DNA of 64,000 nucleotides from Microthyrium microscopicum (Eukaryota): NCBI GenBank assembly GCA_010405405.1, contig MU004243.1, positions 987,340 to 1,051,339 of the forward strand, read 5' to 3'. Shown piece by piece: positions 61,001 to 64,000 of this stretch (position 1 is its first letter; each line of letters starts with the position of its first letter). The notes under the pieces were generated by a model. It saw only the letters and a program-made list of their open reading frames with translations, ran no database searches and was not told where the DNA came from. The position numbers and the translations under genes were made by a program.

Positions 61001-62691
61001 CCAAATCCGAAGCATAATAGCAGCCTGCAATGTTGCGTTGCACTCAGTTCAGGAAGTAGTTGTAGTGCAGCACCTGTTGTAGAGTTTCGAGAAATCTCAA
61101 GAAAGACATCGTACCAGATTTTGGGCATTGAATATTGAAACTTGTGTGAAATCAGGGCGACTACAGGAGCTACGTCTCGATGAGCGAGAAAAATTGATGT
61201 ATGGAATAAAGCCGTGAGCCATGTACGGAGCAAATCCGTTGCTTTTTGATCCATAGAAAGATGTCGAGTAATCGTTGTGATAATACTGTCAGGCTGGTAA
61301 TCTATATCTCCTACAATACACCACTGAGAGCTAGAATAGCTTCGTTCGCTCAGATATTGTATCGCCGCTTTGAGGTGATGTTCTGTAAAGAGAGTACTGG
61401 TGACAGCCGATTTATTCTTTACTTGGGCTGTAGACTGGCATGCAAGACTCGTCCAGTATAGTAGTAGCTGTATCTCGGCCACTTGACTCTGCAGTGGCAA
61501 TGGACCCAGCGACTTTCTCCCACGCGACCCTGATTTTGAGTGTATTGCCGCGAACAGAGCCGTCATCTCGGTATCGAGTTCTTCACGGGGTACTTTTGAT
61601 GCAACATTTGGTACTATTGATTCGCGTATTTGTAAGGGCCAGCAGATCTTAAAAAGTTTGAATTGTATGGCTCGCATCCCCGGAACATCCAGAAACTGGC
61701 CTACTTGAAGGCGGAGCTTTTGTAGAACAATAGCATCAGGGCTCTCCTGAACCTTGCATTCCGCGAGCCCATGGACGATAGCCGAATATACGCCAACAGT
61801 GATACCAGCTTCTTTCTGTTTTCCTCCAGGTTCAATCCAGATAGGGAGTGCGTCCAAAACTCGGTGTAAATCTTTGGAATCCACCAATCCGCTTATCAAT
61901 GCCTGCCTCAAGCAGTGTATGTACTGCCTGAACTCGGAGCTAGAGACTTGCTCATCTTTCAGTCGTTCCAATAGGGTCGAAAAACAAGCAGATCCAGGAG
62001 CAATATTGGCTGGATTACCAAGAAATCTCAGAAGCTCCTGAAACGGCGCAACGCGATCCAGCAAGCTCTCAAAAGCTTCCCGGCTCTCATTCGCTGTTGT
62101 TATGACATCAGCCAGCGCATCATCCGGCCATGTCGGCGCCAGCACTGGTTCAGGTGCCAGATAATGCTCAGCAAGGCTTGCGAGCAAGTGCACTGCATCC
62201 TCCTTCCTCTTTCGCTTCCTTGGCAGTGGTCGCGACTCCGCTGGCAGAGGCTCAACGACTTGCTTTGGCGCCAAATAATGCTCAGCAAGTCCAGCTAGCA
62301 AATGCGCTGCATCCTCTTTACTTTTCTTTCGCTTCCTTGGTTGTCGGCGAGACTCGGCTAGTGCAGGAAATATACGCCCATCTGGTGGCTCCCAAGCCGG
62401 CTCTTTTGCTTTCCAAGCCGTGGAAGCGAATAGTTTTGATCCAAACAGCGCACCAATATCAATTGCTGACGCAGGGCTATAGGATTGGTATTGACCCATT
62501 CGACGCTTCCCCAGTCGTCGTTGGGCTTCCAGTGGCCCTGGTACACTACTTCCATGTCTCTTCTTGACAACATTTGCGAATCGATTGTAGGCGTTGTTGA
62601 GGATGGAGTCTGATATCCAGATAAAGTTGTGAGGTTGGGAAGACGAGAGTTGTTTGGCGAGTCGGCGACATTGCGGGCGAGAAGGGTTCAT
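58018..62691 (-). CDS. Large hypothetical protein, 1557 aa, intronless, possible mitochondrial targeting
   Basis: Single long ORF with an Arg/Ser-rich N-terminus, a HGSSVPGPLEAQRRLGKRRM motif, a helical central region and a low-complexity C-terminal third. Confidence 0.75.
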   Translation of the reverse strand: MNPSRPQCRRLAKQLSSSQPHNFIWISDSILNNAYNRFANVVKKRHGSSVPGPLEAQRRLGKRRMGQYQSYSPASAIDIGALFGSKLFASTAWKAKEPAWEPPDGRIFPALAESRRQPRKRKKSKEDAAHLLAGLAEHYLAPKQVVEPLPAESRPLPRKRKRKEDAVHLLASLAEHYLAPEPVLAPTWPDDALADVITTANESREAFESLLDRVAPFQELLRFLGNPANIAPGSACFSTLLERLKDEQVSSSEFRQYIHCLRQALISGLVDSKDLHRVLDALPIWIEPGGKQKEAGITVGVYSAIVHGLAECKVQESPDAIVLQKLRLQVGQFLDVPGMRAIQFKLFKICWPLQIRESIVPNVASKVPREELDTEMTALFAAIHSKSGSRGRKSLGPLPLQSQVAEIQLLLYWTSLACQSTAQVKNKSAVTSTLFTEHHLKAAIQYLSERSYSSSQWCIVGDIDYQPDSIITTITRHLSMDQKATDLLRTWLTALFHTSIFLAHRDVAPVVALISHKFQYSMPKIWYDVFLEISRNSTTGAALQLLPELSATQHCRLLLCFGFGSYFTRPRERAIADETTLGRHDQVVARAAWLTELALHRPRNYNATEAPDEFIALISAWAHVGLQWGFEMDVVVKILHSLHGGIGVVLDFLHLLIKAGIQHSYEPGAQLGTIVRIASYLYEQCASEAERERLVFYTWELSKKLLDQSSWRTFKFNETAKLKLDSGVCYPMSASGYLPLVEKVAWLAANDEAMPSWMAFTIVYYFSRLLRVNGHAHTNGIGRALSMAGIFRPLQETRGYTRSRAQFVLGYLRRCGTDKKLLSQMDLLMRRWQRLALHQKEQAAEIFHFKALQSLNVLRDQGVYDLYSFHEGNAQLQEPWNHTPQPRSQPEWSGDRRSIREHVATQLERIKSTFSKVDTASRGILNPYVSAGEQLAQGAKSNSKSISVLHKARVTATGRIINDRDSDKHDVKKTNLNKGVVFLLRTFQPRHNSAPSLVNAVSSTIAPSPVGLAAHDSTSVAKHDASNATTVLQRSGFPARRAATIESSLFVSKQVAVADSKKAIFAALRYPNTAWRKVGDVPDSAPPNTISKKLVLTSQPDNEVQPESLNGHIVSRPLQHTANDLKQRHLLDLTEPFKLVNPDRDEQPAWMNQKLPKTAEYQAKNLFATPTAEHLYDLVRLSNLETQRMIDGFSPTSPNLAFPSSSKILHIPKIQSAKAMKYSAIKLDIQTKPSVGHKRQWHLSRSPTLQTAMGGSALQTTLQKLGRGFSTTRYLKIVEDDEKRPPNTSSSTSVRSHTREAATLAVAKRLLERLQDIAADSHEQHNYRPGQTHKTLTFRAPADEDPEKLTVKEGNAKDSIAEHPTTQVSFAKGASLSSHLGRATTTRQADTSPNEPTVLQSVIVNSHWNEQHIPQQQLYDPGRKLRVIRRQRGALDTIAASMLNLHRARQVNPETIAVSHESIPKASIAKAGPAAIEGAAIDDLGGLDNRVLRSGDTMQDTYVHASTWRTIRLSKMMHPSQKKSGKDNPTRKKTRKDEVVGKKAGSLQVSALSKLGD
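62140..62360 (-). repeat. Two-copy in-frame tandem repeat (about 115 bp unit) inside the 1557-aa ORF
   Basis: AESRRQPRKRKKSKEDAAHLLAGLAEHYLAP versus AESRPLPRKRKRKEDAVHLLASLAEHYLAP. Confidence 0.85.
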
Positions 62692-62949
62692 GAAGCGAGA
62701 GACATTGGGCGATGAGTTGTTGAGCCTTCTATTTACGAGTCGATTGGGCGCATGTAGGAGGCAGAAGTTTGGGCTTGGTGATGTGTTTGCTGGGTGGATT
62801 GAAATTCAAGAAAACAGTTGAGATGGAAGCAGTTGAATTGAACTTTTTGACTTTCAAACTTTCAAGCTTCAATTGGAGGACAGGGGTCAGTCTTGGCGCG
62901 ATTTTTAATTCAGCGCATCTGGCTATTTTATGCCTGGAAGAACCTCTAT

Positions 62950-64000
62950 AGGTTCGGAAGGGATAGTATTAGTAAAAAAAGGAAAAAGGGAGGTTAGTGA
63001 GTTTTCTACCTAGAAATGATTTTGCCCTACGTTATAATTTATAATTATTTCGTCTAATTTGTCTCTCTAATTAGTTTCTAAAGCAAGACCTTTAATTAGT
63101 TTAACTATCTTAATTCTTTAGTCCTTTTTAAGCTATAAGTTATTAACTAAGGTTTAATCTATTAAAGATATTAATTATTATTAACTATCTTAATTATATT
63201 AACTATTTTATTACTATTATATATTTTTACTACTAATTATTAATATTAATTGTTAAAGTTATTATTAGTTTCCTCTTTCTCTTTCTTTATTTTATTATTA
63301 TCTATATTATTACTATCTTTTATATCTTAGTATTATAGTATTAAAGCTAGCTCTATATAAAGGTTAACTAGTCTCTTTAACTTTCTAATATTTAATAGAT
63401 AGTATTTAAGATTATATATATTTATATTATAAATACGTATTTTTAATAATTTTGCTATTAGATATTAGTATATAGAGACTTTAATAAAAATATATAGGTA
63501 GTAGCGTTTAGTATATAGTTAAAATAATTACTTAGATTAATTAGATAAAGAGTTATTACTTTTATTTTCTTTATAGATCTATTATTATATTAATTATATA
63601 TTTAGTATTATAAATAAAGCTCTTATTTACTAACGTATTTTTTTATATTTTTTTTAGAAAGGTATTAAATAATAGTTTAGTTATAAAAGGTTTAGTAATA
63701 AACCTTATAGGAAGGCTCTAATATAATAAGTTTTTATATAAAAGAATCTATTTAAGGCCTAATTCTTTATATTTTAGTAAGTCTTAGAAATATAGTAGTA
63801 TTAGCTATTTTATAAAGTATTATTATATATAGTATAAGAAAAAAAAGTAAAATACTTAGTAATCTATAAAAACTACTTATTTTTACTTATTAAATATAGC
63901 TATTTTATTTATATAAAAGTAAATATATTAGTAGGTAATTAAGAATATCTTACCTTAGAGATATATTTTAAACTATTATAGTATTTTAACTTTCTATTAT
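62950..64000. repeat. AT-rich block, probably a RIP-degraded transposon (continues past window end)
   Basis: Abrupt shift to very AT-rich sequence with abundant TpA, scarce CpA/TpG and no ORFs. Confidence 0.8.

Overview
Eukaryotic DNA from a filamentous ascomycete (Pezizomycotina): intron-rich genes with GT-AG introns and CTRAC branch points, plus AT-rich blocks consistent with repeat-induced point mutation (RIP). Conserved genes include eIF2A, translin, mitochondrial EF-Tu, 3-hydroxyisobutyryl-CoA hydrolase, CCT7, an AAAP amino-acid permease, a RING-like Zn-finger protein and an AIM9-like kinase. Accessory genes include two divergent F-box-like paralogues, an AA9 LPMO with atypical features, two Zn2Cys6 regulators, an RTA1 protein, a GH18-like secreted protein and several decaying genes. 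Three TIR-bounded non-autonomous elements are present. The main discovery is at 49.9-54.4 kb and is not recovered as a gene by the ORF track because micro-exons fragment it. Manual splicing gives three tandem secreted-precursor genes that encode nine C-C-CC-C-C (inhibitor cystine knot-like) peptide modules. One is a 16-exon, about 509-aa polyprotein with six modules separated by acidic spacers with candidate processing sites, and it lies just downstream of a Mutator-like MITE. All gene models were derived by eye and no database searches were run.
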